From: Synechococcus sp.
GTDB lineage: Bacteria; Cyanobacteriota; Cyanobacteriia; PCC-6307; Cyanobiaceae
Assembly: GCA_047285805.1 (NCBI GenBank)
Contig: JBJBCN010000003.1
Coordinates: 288,001 to 352,000 of the forward strand
Length of the DNA stretch: 64,000 bases
Direction of reading: 5' to 3'
Shown in pieces: positions 39,072 through 50,051 of the stretch (the first letter of the stretch is position 1; each line of letters begins with the position of its first letter). The translations under genes were made by a program, and so were the position numbers. A model generated the notes under the pieces. The model ran no database searches, had not been told where the DNA came from, and worked only from the letters and a program-made list of their open reading frames with translations.

Positions 39072-40679
39072 CTAGTCATCACAAAGATAGAGCCTGGACA
39101 GTATTATGGGTTTTACAAAAAGAAGTGACCTCTGAACTTCTGCATCAAACCTACAAGGCCTAGACTCGTGGCTAGCAAACGAAGAAACGTCTCTGAGCTG
39201 AAAAAGTGGAGAAGGAAGCGATTCATCGGCGAGTGCCATTCCGTCTAACTGTCTAAATCCAATCCAGAAGGGTGATATCCACAGACCACGCTTAAGTGCC
39301 GGTGAGGGATCTAGGCTTCCGTAGATTTGAGAGTTTCTGATTAGTTCTTTAGAAGAAACCGCCCAATAATCGAGTGAAGTGGTGGTATGATTGTGGCTAA
39401 AGCGTGAGACTTCGTTGATATAGGATGACTGATAGGGATTAAGACTCAGGGAGTCAACGAGAAGTATTAAGGCAGAACATGTGACAATGAAAAAGAGTGT
39501 TCGCTTAATTAGACTATAAAGTGACGAATCCAATAGAGTTTGAAGCCCCCCAGCGGCAACCACTGCTAAAGCAGGGTATATAAATAGTAGATGTCGATCT
39601 GCGTCATAAAGATTTGACTGCCTGAGGACGGCCATCAATGGAATGAATGTAGCCTGGGCAATAACGAGTGTCCAAGGAGTGCTTAAAGAAGATGCGATAT
39701 TCTTGCTGTTACGTATCCAATAGAGGATCTGAATGCAAAGCAGAATTAGCCATAAGAGTGGAAGCTTAATTGATAACCAATCCCAGATGTAGCGGAGAGT
39801 CGACCAATCAGGATGATTAACACCAATGCACGAACCTGCATACGACATGCAGCCCCCCCATTCATGTTTAGCGAACGTCAAGAAAGCCTCACTTAAGTAG
39901 GTAACAGGATTAAGGCCCCAAGATGCTGGCTGTAGGAGCAGGGCAAGTAAAAGTGAGATTAAAGGCAAAGAAAACGTCTGCCTGAAGTTTCTTGAGCCGG
40001 TACGCTTGATAGATAAGAGCAGTAACTCAGACGCAATTACAGGTGCGATTGCGACGAATTTTTGGTTGATTAGTAACCCAGCCGAGAGAACCGAAATGAG
40101 AAACCACGAGGACTGGGAGGAGTCCAGGCGCCTTACAAGAGTGTATGTATAAACGGTGTAAAAGACAGCAAATGGGATATCTTTTGGATTAACAAATGAA
40201 TGTCCTATCAGAGATGGATGCAATAGGACAAGACAACCCGCAATCCAAGCAAGTCTCAGTCCTAAGAACTGAGATAACTTGACCACCAGCCAACTAAGAA
40301 ATAAAAACTCGCAAGCGAGTACAAGGTGTGAGGTTGAAAAGAATCCAGTTAGTTGATGTTCAGCGGAAGGATCAAACAGAGCCTTAGAGAGCGGTAACCT
40401 TCCGATCAGGACACCCTGTTGCACAAACCATAGGAACCAAGCAGGAAAAAGACTTGCTACTCCGTAGTATTCAAGATTAGAGTGAATATCTTGGTAATTC
40501 GGTTTTTGGCCACGTAATACTTCGACAGCATGAGCAAGCTGCGTTCTGATCCCTAAATAATCTGTCTCTTCATCCCAAGACGTAATTCCTGAGAAAATTG
40601 CCGCAAGTGCAAGCACGGCATAAATACCGATGACAACGAGGTAGAGCTTTTTGTCCCAGGCTTGACCTCTACAGCTCAT
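39072..40679 (-). CDS. PMT/ArnT-like (GT-C fold) membrane glycosyltransferase
   Basis: GITSWDE after TM1, GHSFVNPKDIPFA, YDADRHLLF, LDYW; polytopic. Confidence 0.65.
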   Translation of the reverse strand: MSCRGQAWDKKLYLVVIGIYAVLALAAIFSGITSWDEETDYLGIRTQLAHAVEVLRGQKPNYQDIHSNLEYYGVASLFPAWFLWFVQQGVLIGRLPLSKALFDPSAEHQLTGFFSTSHLVLACEFLFLSWLVVKLSQFLGLRLAWIAGCLVLLHPSLIGHSFVNPKDIPFAVFYTVYTYTLVRRLDSSQSSWFLISVLSAGLLINQKFVAIAPVIASELLLLSIKRTGSRNFRQTFSLPLISLLLALLLQPASWGLNPVTYLSEAFLTFAKHEWGGCMSYAGSCIGVNHPDWSTLRYIWDWLSIKLPLLWLILLCIQILYWIRNSKNIASSLSTPWTLVIAQATFIPLMAVLRQSNLYDADRHLLFIYPALAVVAAGGLQTLLDSSLYSLIKRTLFFIVTCSALILLVDSLSLNPYQSSYINEVSRFSHNHTTTSLDYWAVSSKELIRNSQIYGSLDPSPALKRGLWISPFWIGFRQLDGMALADESLPSPLFQLRDVSSFASHESRPCRFDAEVQRSLLFVKPIILSRLYLCDD

Positions 40680-40685
40680 GATTAT

Positions 40686-41636
40686 TTAGGGCTCAGAGGT
40701 TAGTCGCTCGGAAAAGTCAGCAATTGTGCGATCCAGTCCCTGATCTAAAGCAACCGTGGGCTCCCAGCCAAGATGCTGCTGAGCCAAGGTGATCACGGGC
40801 TGACGCTGCATGGGGTCATCCTGAGGAAGAGGCTTACAGATCAACTCTAGGGAAGGGTTGATCTTTGCCCGAACCAGTTCGGCCAATTGACGGATGGTGA
40901 ATTCACCAGGGTTGCCGATATTGATGGGTCCCGTTTCGGAGCCATTCATCAAACGGATGATGCCCTCGACCAAATCGTCGACGTAGCAGAAGGAACGTGT
41001 CTGGGATCCATCGCCAAAAAGAGTCAAGGGTTCACCCCGTAGAGCCTGAACGATGAAATTGCTCACAACCCTGCCGTCATCTGGAAGCATGCGTGGGCCG
41101 TAGGTGTTGAAGATTCGCACTACGCGGATCTCCGTGCCGTGCATCCGCTGATAGTCAAAGCAAAGGGTCTCAGCAATCCGCTTGCCCTCGTCGTAGCAGC
41201 TACGAATACCAATGGTGTTCACGCAGCCTCGATAGCTCTCCGGCTGTGGGTGAACATCCGGATCGCCATAGACCTCGGAAGTACTTGCCAAGAGCAGGCG
41301 TGCACCAACCCTCCTGGCTAAACCAAGCATGTTGTAAGTGCCCAGGAAACTGGTCTTGGCAGTTTTGATCGGATTGTGCTGGTAGTGGACCGGCGACGCC
41401 GGACAGGCGAGGTGCCATATACGGTCCACCTCCAAAGTGATCGGCTCGGTGACATCGTGACGAATTAACTCGAAACGCGGATGCCCAAACCAACGCTCAA
41501 CATTCTGCTTTCGGCCCGTGAAGTAGTTATCCAGACATATCACTTCCTCCCCGGCTTCCATCAAACGGTCGACGAGGTGGGAACCCACAAACCCCGCTCC
41601 ACCGGTAACCAAATTGCGCGTGATCGAATTAGGCAT
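40686..41636 (-). CDS. uxs: UDP-glucuronate decarboxylase (UDP-xylose synthase)
   Basis: [46 protein letters not shown]. Confidence 0.92.
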   Translation of the reverse strand: MPNSITRNLVTGGAGFVGSHLVDRLMEAGEEVICLDNYFTGRKQNVERWFGHPRFELIRHDVTEPITLEVDRIWHLACPASPVHYQHNPIKTAKTSFLGTYNMLGLARRVGARLLLASTSEVYGDPDVHPQPESYRGCVNTIGIRSCYDEGKRIAETLCFDYQRMHGTEIRVVRIFNTYGPRMLPDDGRVVSNFIVQALRGEPLTLFGDGSQTRSFCYVDDLVEGIIRLMNGSETGPINIGNPGEFTIRQLAELVRAKINPSLELICKPLPQDDPMQRQPVITLAQQHLGWEPTVALDQGLDRTIADFSERLTSEP

Positions 41637-41653
41637 GGAAGCAGCGGAGAGGA

Positions 41654-42652
41654 TTAAAGGCGAACGAGCTGTTGATTGAGCTGCTCACGAAAAAGAGCCA
41701 CAGTGCTCACAAGCCCTTCGTCCAAAGGGATTCGGGCAGTCCAGCCCAAAGAGGCTAGGCGGCTGACATCAAGTTGTTTCTTAGGCGTTCCATCCGGCTT
41801 CGACGAATCCCAGACAGTCTGACCAGCGAAGCCGGTGGCACGAGCTACGGCCTCCGCCAACTGACGGATCGTGAGATCTACGCCAGTACCGACATTGAGG
41901 AAAGTCAGAGGCTGACCCGCATCATCCAACGGAGCGGATGCCGCGGACGGGTCCCAGTTCTCCAAAGCAAAGACGCAAGCCTCACCAAGATCATCGACGT
42001 GCAAGAACTCCCTCAAGGGAGACCCAGTCCCCCAACAGGTCACCGTGGCATCACCGTGATCTGCTGCCTCGTGAAAACGGCGGATTAAGGCCGGCAGCAC
42101 ATGACTATTGGTTGGGTGGTAGTTGTCGCCCGGGCCATAGAGATTGGTGGGCATCAGGCTGATGGCATCAAAGCCATGCTGTTGCCTGAGAGCCTGACAC
42201 AACTTGATGCCAGCGATCTTGGCGATCGCGTACCACTCGTTCGTGGGCTCCAGACCACCGGTAAGCAAGGCCTCCTCACGGATAGGCTGCTGCGCAAACT
42301 TGGGGTAAATGCAGCTGCTGCCCAGAAACAGAAACCGCCGAACGCCGGCCTGGCAGGCTGCCTCGATGACGTGGTTCTGAATTTTTAGGTTTGACAGCAG
42401 GAAATCGGCTGGATAACTGCTGTTGGCCTGAATACCACCGACCTTCGCTGCCGCCAGCACGACAACATCAGGACGTTCAGCCTGGAACCAGACCTTCACA
42501 GCCGACGGATCTTCGAGGTCGAGCTCTGAACGCTCCAACATGAGCTGCTCGACGTAACCAGAGCGCTGCAACGCCCGAGAGATAGCGCCGCCGGCCATAC
42601 CGCGATGACCCGCAATGAAGATCCGGTCCTTGCTGGAAATCAACTTGCCCAT
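41654..42652 (-). CDS. fcl: GDP-L-fucose synthase
   Basis: [50 protein letters not shown]. Confidence 0.95.
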   Translation of the reverse strand: MGKLISSKDRIFIAGHRGMAGGAISRALQRSGYVEQLMLERSELDLEDPSAVKVWFQAERPDVVVLAAAKVGGIQANSSYPADFLLSNLKIQNHVIEAACQAGVRRFLFLGSSCIYPKFAQQPIREEALLTGGLEPTNEWYAIAKIAGIKLCQALRQQHGFDAISLMPTNLYGPGDNYHPTNSHVLPALIRRFHEAADHGDATVTCWGTGSPLREFLHVDDLGEACVFALENWDPSAASAPLDDAGQPLTFLNVGTGVDLTIRQLAEAVARATGFAGQTVWDSSKPDGTPKKQLDVSRLASLGWTARIPLDEGLVSTVALFREQLNQQLVRL

Positions 42653-43824
42653 TAGTCCTTCGGTCCTTTGCTGGCTGCAACCGCTGAAGGATTGGTGGGC
42701 GGATTCTCCATCGAACCCACCACGCGATAACCCTGCTGACGAAGCAGCGCCTCCTTAGCGGCCTCCTCTTTGTCCGTTATGACCATCTCAGCCACCAGTT
42801 CTTCAAGGGTGGTCGTGGGGGTCCAGCCCAACTTCTCTCGTGCCTTGGTGGGATCACCCAGCAGGGTCTCCACCTCGGCAGGCCTGAAGTAGCGCGGGTC
42901 AATCCGAACAACAACGGCACCAGTGTCCGACCGCCTACCGACTTCGTCGAGACCGCTGCCTTCCCATTGGATGGCGCCCCAACCCAGCTGCTCAGCCGTG
43001 AGCTCAATGAAGCGGCGAACGCTTTCTTGACGACCGGTGGCGATCACAAAGTCTTCCGGGGTCTGCTGCTGGAGCATCCGCCACTGCATCTCGACGTAAT
43101 CACGAGCGTGACCCCAATCCCGCAGGGAGTCGATGTTGCCCATGAATAGGCAGTGTTCAAGGCCCGCATCAATGCGGGCGAGGCCCCTAGTGATCTTCCG
43201 GGTGACAAAAGTTTCACCCCGGCGCGGTGATTCGTGGTTAAAGAGCACGCCATTGCAGGCGTACATGCCGTAACTCTCGCGGTAGTTGACCGTGATCCAG
43301 TAGCCATACAACTTGGCCACGGCATAGGGGCTACGTGGATAGAAGGGCGTCGTTTCCTTCTGAGGGATCTCCTGAACCAGGCCGTACAACTCGCTGGTAC
43401 TGGCCTGATAAATCTTGGTTGAGTCCGTGAGGCCGAGCATGCGCACTGCCTCAAGAATCCGCAATGTCCCCAACGCATCACTATTGGCGGTGTACTCAGG
43501 AGCCTCAAAACTCACCGCCACATGGCTCTGAGCGCCGAGGTTGTAGATCTCGTGCGGCTGCACCTGCTCAATGATACGAATCAGGTTCGTGCTGTCGGTC
43601 AGATCCCCGTAATGCAGAACCAAGCGAGGATCAGCCTCATGCGGATCTTGATAAAGGTGATCGATCCGGGTGGTGTTGAAACTGCTGGCCCGGCGTTTGA
43701 TGCCGTGAACCACGTACCCCTTGTCGAGGAGGAGCTCAGCGAGGTAACTGCCGTCTTGGCCTGTGATCCCGGTAATCAGAGCCTTGCGCCCGGTGCAATC
43801 AATCGAGGCGGGGTCAAAGCTCAT
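42652..43824 (-). CDS. gmd: GDP-mannose 4,6-dehydratase
   Basis: [47 protein letters not shown]. Confidence 0.97.
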   Translation of the reverse strand: MSFDPASIDCTGRKALITGITGQDGSYLAELLLDKGYVVHGIKRRASSFNTTRIDHLYQDPHEADPRLVLHYGDLTDSTNLIRIIEQVQPHEIYNLGAQSHVAVSFEAPEYTANSDALGTLRILEAVRMLGLTDSTKIYQASTSELYGLVQEIPQKETTPFYPRSPYAVAKLYGYWITVNYRESYGMYACNGVLFNHESPRRGETFVTRKITRGLARIDAGLEHCLFMGNIDSLRDWGHARDYVEMQWRMLQQQTPEDFVIATGRQESVRRFIELTAEQLGWGAIQWEGSGLDEVGRRSDTGAVVVRIDPRYFRPAEVETLLGDPTKAREKLGWTPTTTLEELVAEMVITDKEEAAKEALLRQQGYRVVGSMENPPTNPSAVAASKGPKD

Positions 43825-45083
43825 CACTCTCTATCCAACGGAGATGGGCCCACAGGCAAAAAAGCCAGGGCCCCTAAACCCAAGAACCCAAAATAGAAGA
43901 GCAAGCCATCCGCATAGATCAAAGGCTGGAACAGCCATTGCACTGTCAACACGATTAAGAAGCCGGCAGCGATCAATGCATATCCGCGAGATGACGAGTC
44001 ACTGAGCAGATGACCCAGCTGCCGGAACGCACGACAAAGAAGCGGAACCACGGCCACCATGATGGCCACGGCGGGGATCAAACCAGCTCTGACGACGAGG
44101 TCAAACGGGACACTGTGCAGCATGTCTCCGGCAGAGGCGTCGAACCCGATCCACAACTGACGTTGTTGATCGAAGTACTGAAAACTCAGGCGCTGGCCGC
44201 CCCAAAGCGTGTCTGGTATGTGGCTAAAAAACGCCAGGAAGCGATCGATACGCTCGTCGTAGACGCGAGCCAAGAGGCGGGATGTGATGTCACCTCGCCC
44301 CCACAGCAACGAGAACAACGACAACAGCAGAAAACCGCCAAGCCCCAACAAAGCCCATGCGGTCAACTGGAATGGTTGACGCGCGGCCTGTCGCTCCGAA
44401 GCTGCCACCCAGGCCAGAGGCACGAAAGACAGCAGACCAACCAAGAGCCCGATCCGGCCATGGAACGCCAACACCGCCAGTAGACCGAAGACTCCGGCTA
44501 CCAACATGAACAGGGCGAGGCGCGGTTGCTCTTTGCGTAGGAGCAACCAGAGGCCAGGGAACATCCAAGCCATCGCAAAAGAAGCGTTCTGCTCGACAGA
44601 ACGCACATTCATCACCCCTTGCTGTCCCCAGGGCACGGCAATGCTCAAATCCCTGTGCTGCCTCCAGATCTCCAAGGGTGAAGCTGAAAAAGCATCCCGA
44701 CCCAAGACCAGAACCGCCCAGACGTAAGCCAAAGCTCCAAAGCCATAGGCAAACCAAAGCCAACTGAGCTGACGAGGAGTCCAACACTGGGCTAAACGCG
44801 CCCCTAGCCAGACCCCCCCACAGGGGAGCACGAGCACCGAGATCAAATCGAGAACATCAAGACCCTGCAGGGACCAGAACCCGTAGTGGAGGGACGCCCA
44901 GGCGTAGCCGACGCTGAATACAGAAAGGGCGAGGAGCGGCCACAACCGTTGATGAGCCAAGGACGAGGCCTTGCGGGTCTGCCAAACCAGGACTGCATAA
45001 AGCAGATAAAGCAGTGTGAATGCCTTAGGCAAATGTAAGCCAACCAAAAACGCGAGTAGCAAAGGAATCCATAGCGAATTCAT
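43824..45083 (-). CDS. O-antigen ligase (WaaL)-like membrane protein
   Basis: Many TMs, HGRIG, periplasmic loop ending [17 protein letters not shown], then WLFQP. Confidence 0.6.
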   Translation of the reverse strand: MNSLWIPLLLAFLVGLHLPKAFTLLYLLYAVLVWQTRKASSLAHQRLWPLLALSVFSVGYAWASLHYGFWSLQGLDVLDLISVLVLPCGGVWLGARLAQCWTPRQLSWLWFAYGFGALAYVWAVLVLGRDAFSASPLEIWRQHRDLSIAVPWGQQGVMNVRSVEQNASFAMAWMFPGLWLLLRKEQPRLALFMLVAGVFGLLAVLAFHGRIGLLVGLLSFVPLAWVAASERQAARQPFQLTAWALLGLGGFLLLSLFSLLWGRGDITSRLLARVYDERIDRFLAFFSHIPDTLWGGQRLSFQYFDQQRQLWIGFDASAGDMLHSVPFDLVVRAGLIPAVAIMVAVVPLLCRAFRQLGHLLSDSSSRGYALIAAGFLIVLTVQWLFQPLIYADGLLFYFGFLGLGALAFLPVGPSPLDRE

Positions 45084-46213
45084 TGACGATCTCTGCCCTC
45101 GCTATCCAGCTCCTGGCGTAAAGAATCCAGATCAACAACGAGCTGGCGTTGATAGGGGTGCAGTTGACGATCCAAGCGTGCCGAATCCACACCAGGTTGA
45201 CAATAGAAGTGTCTGATCAAGCCGAGGTGGAAGCTGTTGTAGATGCCACCACCAAGCATCTGCAATCGAAATGGATAGCGAGCAGAATTCACCGGATTGA
45301 GCTCCAGAAGACGATAAGGCCGATCACGCGAGATCAAAGCATTCATAACCATCGAACCTTGCTCACACCAGAGGCTAGATGCCTCGCGAATCCAATTCAG
45401 AAGGTGCAGCGGCGAATGGGAAGTTGGATTCAAAACGGAATAGCCATGATCACAGAAGATACCTTCAACAGCTTCAATGTTCAGGATTCGCTGCTGACGC
45501 TGAGAGCTGAGAAATATACGCCTAGGACCGCAAGATTCTGCGTGGGGCTTTTCGGAACTAGGCAATGAAGAAGACATGCAGTCACGAATCAGCGATAGGT
45601 TCTGCCAGGGACTCAGGCGAGGGAGAAGCATTGCCCGCTCCAACAGCCAGTTCACTTCCAAATACCGCTGTGGAGTCATCACAAAAAGTGAGTCGTTCGG
45701 GCAAAGCTCTTGCAAAAACTCGGCCCAGCCGTGAGAGGGCGCAATAGCAACCAATCGGGGCGGGTCAGTCAGGGCCTGCAACTGACGCGCATACCAAAGA
45801 AAGGCACCCAGTTGATCGCCAACCCAATGACCAAAGTGACTGGTGAGGTGGGGAAACACTGCATAGGAACCATCGAGAGGTTTACTGGGCTTGTTGAGCT
45901 GCTTACGAATGCTGTGGTATTGAATCCGTCGATACGGAGCTGCTTGGCCTCTGGAAACGCCCTTGGCTAAAGCCCACGTTTCGATGCACGGATAGTGAAC
46001 GATCGATGAACTGCGATAGGCATGACTCACAAGCCGCACATCATCCACATAAGAGGGAAACGCCAATGGATCTACGAGGATTGATTGCGAATATGCCCTT
46101 GAAGACCCTCTTGAGCAGTCAAGAACGTGCCGATAGCCCAGGCAACCTGTATCGGCTATTCGCAGCCACAGTTCTCGTACACAGTCGCCAGACAGACCTC
46201 GGAGTCCTTTCAC
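45080..46213 (-). CDS. Divergent GT61 (DUF563)-like glycosyltransferase
   Basis: HFGHWVGD, RRIFLS, RILNIEAV, EQGSMVMN; GTG start overlapping the upstream TGA. Confidence 0.55.
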   Translation of the reverse strand: MKGLRGLSGDCVRELWLRIADTGCLGYRHVLDCSRGSSRAYSQSILVDPLAFPSYVDDVRLVSHAYRSSSIVHYPCIETWALAKGVSRGQAAPYRRIQYHSIRKQLNKPSKPLDGSYAVFPHLTSHFGHWVGDQLGAFLWYARQLQALTDPPRLVAIAPSHGWAEFLQELCPNDSLFVMTPQRYLEVNWLLERAMLLPRLSPWQNLSLIRDCMSSSLPSSEKPHAESCGPRRIFLSSQRQQRILNIEAVEGIFCDHGYSVLNPTSHSPLHLLNWIREASSLWCEQGSMVMNALISRDRPYRLLELNPVNSARYPFRLQMLGGGIYNSFHLGLIRHFYCQPGVDSARLDRQLHPYQRQLVVDLDSLRQELDSEGRDRQ

Positions 46214-47133
46214 CAGTAACAACCTCCGTCGACCGCTCCAGCGAGTAGGGGTGTCTCAGAAGAGGATGGACGGACCCAAGCGTCATTCATCAATGAAAGA
46301 TATTGCGGCATCGCCTCCCAACGACGCCCTCGAATGCCAAACAACAACTGCAAAGCGCCACCGAGATGCACAGCTGGCTTACCCATCTGCTTGATCGCGG
46401 CACCGAGTGGCAACCCATAGGCGCCACACCCAATCAATGCAACATCGAAAGGGATCATGGATACACGCTCGACAAGCCGACTTAGAGCATCATTCCAGGA
46501 TCGAAAGCCATCTCGGTCATGGCCAAGGGTTTGAGGCGGACGTACACAAATTAAATCAAATTCGGGGAGCAGTGAGGGAGAATTGGGATGAATATGACTC
46601 GACCTTAGATGTTGCCTTTCAATAGTCTCCACGAAGGGGTGGACCACCAATACACGCTTACCACTAAGCACTCGAGACCAAGGCTCTACAGACCACCAAG
46701 GCTCTAAGGCAGCTAAATCACAGGTCCTGGGAGTTAAAGGGAGCTTGTCCACCAGTCTGAACTGATATGGGCTATCCCAAATCCCCAAGAGATCGACTGC
46801 TCCCAGTGAGGAGTAGAGCCTGATTGCGGCTTCGTCAAGAGATTTTTTACCTACGGGGAAAATTCCTGCATTGCGATGGGCCTGATTAAGAGTCAGACGC
46901 GAATAAGAAGAGCCCTTAAATAAATACTCAGCAACCAACCTGGATTCAACCGAACCCAAGCGACCGACCAAATAAGGTTTTCCCTCTGAGATAGATACCT
47001 CTATCAGGCGTGCTGCCGAATCAGTCGACAGCCGATCCAGCAAAAGCCTCTTAAAGCGATAATGCCTTAAAGACGCAGGGAAGAATTGCAGATAGCGCTT
47101 CAATTCATGCTTAATACGCCATGCGGATGTCAT
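46210..47133 (-). CDS. Conserved polysaccharide-locus protein, putative glycosyltransferase
   Basis: LSGKRVLVVHPF, DVALIGCGAYGLPL, HLGGALQLLFGIRGRRWE, GGCYW terminus. Confidence 0.6.
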   Translation of the reverse strand: MTSAWRIKHELKRYLQFFPASLRHYRFKRLLLDRLSTDSAARLIEVSISEGKPYLVGRLGSVESRLVAEYLFKGSSYSRLTLNQAHRNAGIFPVGKKSLDEAAIRLYSSLGAVDLLGIWDSPYQFRLVDKLPLTPRTCDLAALEPWWSVEPWSRVLSGKRVLVVHPFVETIERQHLRSSHIHPNSPSLLPEFDLICVRPPQTLGHDRDGFRSWNDALSRLVERVSMIPFDVALIGCGAYGLPLGAAIKQMGKPAVHLGGALQLLFGIRGRRWEAMPQYLSLMNDAWVRPSSSETPLLAGAVDGGCYW

Positions 47134-47134
47134 A

Positions 47135-48784
47135 CTAGTACTCAGTGCTCCTAGTCTCGTCGGCCAGAGATTTGTCTACTTCATAAAAGACGTTACCTGC
47201 TTCGTCAGCAATAGCCCGAATGCCGCAAAGAATACTATCGGAAGAGATAGTCTCAGAAGACTTATAGTTTCTTTGTCCAAGCTTCGATAAAGCCCAGTTG
47301 AATGCGTCCCGAGATTGCATACCAGGCTGCCAACCATGACGGGGCTGCCAACCGGAATAGCCGGAAACGCTCTTCAAGCCTGGGACATTAAGCATTGCAT
47401 GCATGGCGAACACGTCACGATGCCACCGAAATAGTCTATTGGCCTCAAGATGGAGGACATCGCAACCTTGCGCAAGCAACTCTGTCCGAAAAGTGTTTTG
47501 GTCTTTCTGCCATGCAACAACATCAAAGGCAAGGACAGATTTAGGCAGAAGTGAAATCCACAACAGTGGAAGGGAGCAAATAAACAGAAAGAATGGACCT
47601 TGTCTCCAACGTCTCACCAATGTTTGTTCCAAATCAAGAACCAATCCGGACAGAGGAAATGCCGAAAGAAACCAGAGCACTGATGCAATCCTTCCAGCCG
47701 CATTGACAGCTCGGACAGATGGAACAAGAAGCATTGGCAACCACCAAAGGGTGATGAAGCCAAATGAGGTTACCGATAGACCCAGAAAAAGCAGGGACTT
47801 TGCCAGCAACTGATCTGGATGAGCGATTTTTCTCCAAAAGAAGACACTGGCAAGAGAGGCAGAAAACAGCAAGATTCCTGGGAACAGAAAGGGTTCGCTT
47901 CCGGACGCATGAGGGTGAATAGGTAAACCGAGATACTGACGACCAGAACCGCTTAACCAAGCCCAGAAGTTTGGAAGGTTTTTTGTGATTTCATCGGTAC
48001 CCCGGGCTCCCATCACGAGAGACGTGTTGAGATAAGGGAGGATTAGAACAACATTGAGTAGGAACAAAATGGCAAGGATTATCCTTTGGCAGTTCGTCAA
48101 AGAGTGAATCCAAGATAGCCAGAAGTCCCTACGTTTGAAGCGGTACAGACCACGCCCTGACAGGAGATAGCTTGAGACAACAATCAGTAGAGCAAAGACA
48201 CCTATGTACGGACCAACCAGCCAGTTCAATAGTAAAAAGATAAGGCCCCAAGTCTTTTGTCTGCGCAGTAATGCAAGTGCAAGGGGGGGCAGAAACCACA
48301 GAGTCAACAACTGTAGATGATTCAGTTGTGCAAGAACAACATGATTAAACGCAGCCAATATACAAACAGCCGATACCAGCCAACTTTTTCGGTTCAACTT
48401 CCAAAGACAGATTCGGAGGCTGACATAGTTAAAAGTCAGCGTCAAGCCAAACCATATAAGTAGCGCCTGGGGCGGCGGAAAACCAAGGAGCTTAAAGGAG
48501 CCGTAAGAGATGCTAGGAAGAAATAAATGATCACTCCAACCACGTACACCATCGACGGGAAAATAAAAGTCAGGAGAAAACCAGGCTTGACCCGAAAACA
48601 GATTTAAAGAGGAAAAGGGAATGGTGGCAAGGTTATGTTCAAAGAACCAAAGATTCAGAAGTGTATCTCCACTATCTCCAGGGAGGATCCTTCCAAAATC
48701 AAGCAGATACGGCCATAAGGCGACGACCGTTGAGATGGCTCCAACAAAAATTACGTGGAAAGTCCACAAAAGTCGCTGCTTCAT
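47135..48784 (-). CDS. Polytopic membrane protein, YfhO/GT-C-like
   Basis: PGDSGDTLLNLWFFEH after TM1, FYFP...WSDH, HLQLL, SGYSG near the C-terminus. Confidence 0.55.
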   Translation of the reverse strand: MKQRLLWTFHVIFVGAISTVVALWPYLLDFGRILPGDSGDTLLNLWFFEHNLATIPFSSLNLFSGQAWFSPDFYFPVDGVRGWSDHLFLPSISYGSFKLLGFPPPQALLIWFGLTLTFNYVSLRICLWKLNRKSWLVSAVCILAAFNHVVLAQLNHLQLLTLWFLPPLALALLRRQKTWGLIFLLLNWLVGPYIGVFALLIVVSSYLLSGRGLYRFKRRDFWLSWIHSLTNCQRIILAILFLLNVVLILPYLNTSLVMGARGTDEITKNLPNFWAWLSGSGRQYLGLPIHPHASGSEPFLFPGILLFSASLASVFFWRKIAHPDQLLAKSLLFLGLSVTSFGFITLWWLPMLLVPSVRAVNAAGRIASVLWFLSAFPLSGLVLDLEQTLVRRWRQGPFFLFICSLPLLWISLLPKSVLAFDVVAWQKDQNTFRTELLAQGCDVLHLEANRLFRWHRDVFAMHAMLNVPGLKSVSGYSGWQPRHGWQPGMQSRDAFNWALSKLGQRNYKSSETISSDSILCGIRAIADEAGNVFYEVDKSLADETRSTEY

Positions 48785-48788
48785 AAGA

Positions 48789-50051
48789 CTAAGTGCTTAA
48801 GATCTGCTTCCAGACACTCAGACCTGCGTAGGGAACCCAAGCAAAAATCTGACTGGACTGATATGTACAGCAGTGAGAGGGAGTAACGAGTGAAGCAGAA
48901 ACCCCTAAAATGACAAATGGCCAGTGCATAGCAATGCCAATTTTGTTGGGCTTAGATAGGGGGGTTCGCCGAATGGACACTCTCTCTTCATTAGAGATAG
49001 AAAGCAATGCGAGCATACCTGCGCAAGCCAACATTGCGAACCATCGGCCATAGTCAATCGTTGCCATAAATAAAGGTAGAGCGATCAGAAGCTGAAAGAA
49101 TAGGAAAATCCCAGCTTGCCTACTTGGGAGAACACGGTGCCTAAGTTGCCTAGCAATCAAGGCGTAACAAGCCCAAGTAAGACACACAGCAAGAAATCCA
49201 TGGAGTAGTGACCAGCTCAACTGGCTTGTGCTCAAATCCCATGTAAAAAAGCTAGGCTTAGTTAGAGCAAGTTCGGTGATAGAAGAACCAGGAAGTGCAT
49301 TGTCAGGCAGTAATGCAACTGAGCGGAGACTGGCTTGGAGACAGTTCACATCCTCTAATCGACCTTTGTTCAATACTGCAAGAACAAACGCAGCCGCACT
49401 TGGCATGACGAGGAGAAGGGAATTGAGATAGCCCTGGCGAGACAGCAATCTTGCAAGAAAGAGTGCAGGGGTTATCAGGAGTGCGAATGGCTCATGGTTA
49501 AATACCGCTGCGACCTGAACAATAGCGGCAAGACAATAAAAGAAGGTTTTCCTCGCAACCGAAGAAGTAGAATCAAGCCTTTTGACTATAAAGAGTATTA
49601 GAGCAAACAAGCAAAGCTGCAATGCGTCTTTGCGAAATAATGACCCTGCATGAGTAAGCATGACAGGCATTGCTGTTGGAGCAAAGAGAATAAGAAGGGA
49701 AGGAAGTAACGCCAGCTTAGATCTCAGAGACCGATAAAGAATGAAGCCTAGAGCGAGTGAAGCTGCAGCCATTAACGCAGCAAGAATCGCAACGTATGCG
49801 GACTGCTGATCAACTAATCGAGTTAACAACCAGCTCATCTGACCCAGAAGGCCACGCCTAACAAAGCCTGCGCAATAGCGAATCGCGAGCTCAGATCCCC
49901 ACCATTCAGAGACACCAACATTAGATGGATAGGCAAGAATATTTTGAACATACAGGCCAAAGTCATAAATAGCCGCTCCAGCTATCGATAACCAAGCAAT
50001 GAGCATCAGTCCACGCCGAACGATTGGACGTACTGCAAGAGAAGACGTCAT
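48789..50051 (-). CDS. Polytopic membrane protein, possible GT-C
   Basis: ELAIRYCAGFVRRGLLG, RKD, HE, DYGRW; about 10 TMs; ATGA-coupled start at 50051. Confidence 0.5.
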   Translation of the reverse strand: MTSSLAVRPIVRRGLMLIAWLSIAGAAIYDFGLYVQNILAYPSNVGVSEWWGSELAIRYCAGFVRRGLLGQMSWLLTRLVDQQSAYVAILAALMAAASLALGFILYRSLRSKLALLPSLLILFAPTAMPVMLTHAGSLFRKDALQLCLFALILFIVKRLDSTSSVARKTFFYCLAAIVQVAAVFNHEPFALLITPALFLARLLSRQGYLNSLLLVMPSAAAFVLAVLNKGRLEDVNCLQASLRSVALLPDNALPGSSITELALTKPSFFTWDLSTSQLSWSLLHGFLAVCLTWACYALIARQLRHRVLPSRQAGIFLFFQLLIALPLFMATIDYGRWFAMLACAGMLALLSISNEERVSIRRTPLSKPNKIGIAMHWPFVILGVSASLVTPSHCCTYQSSQIFAWVPYAGLSVWKQILST

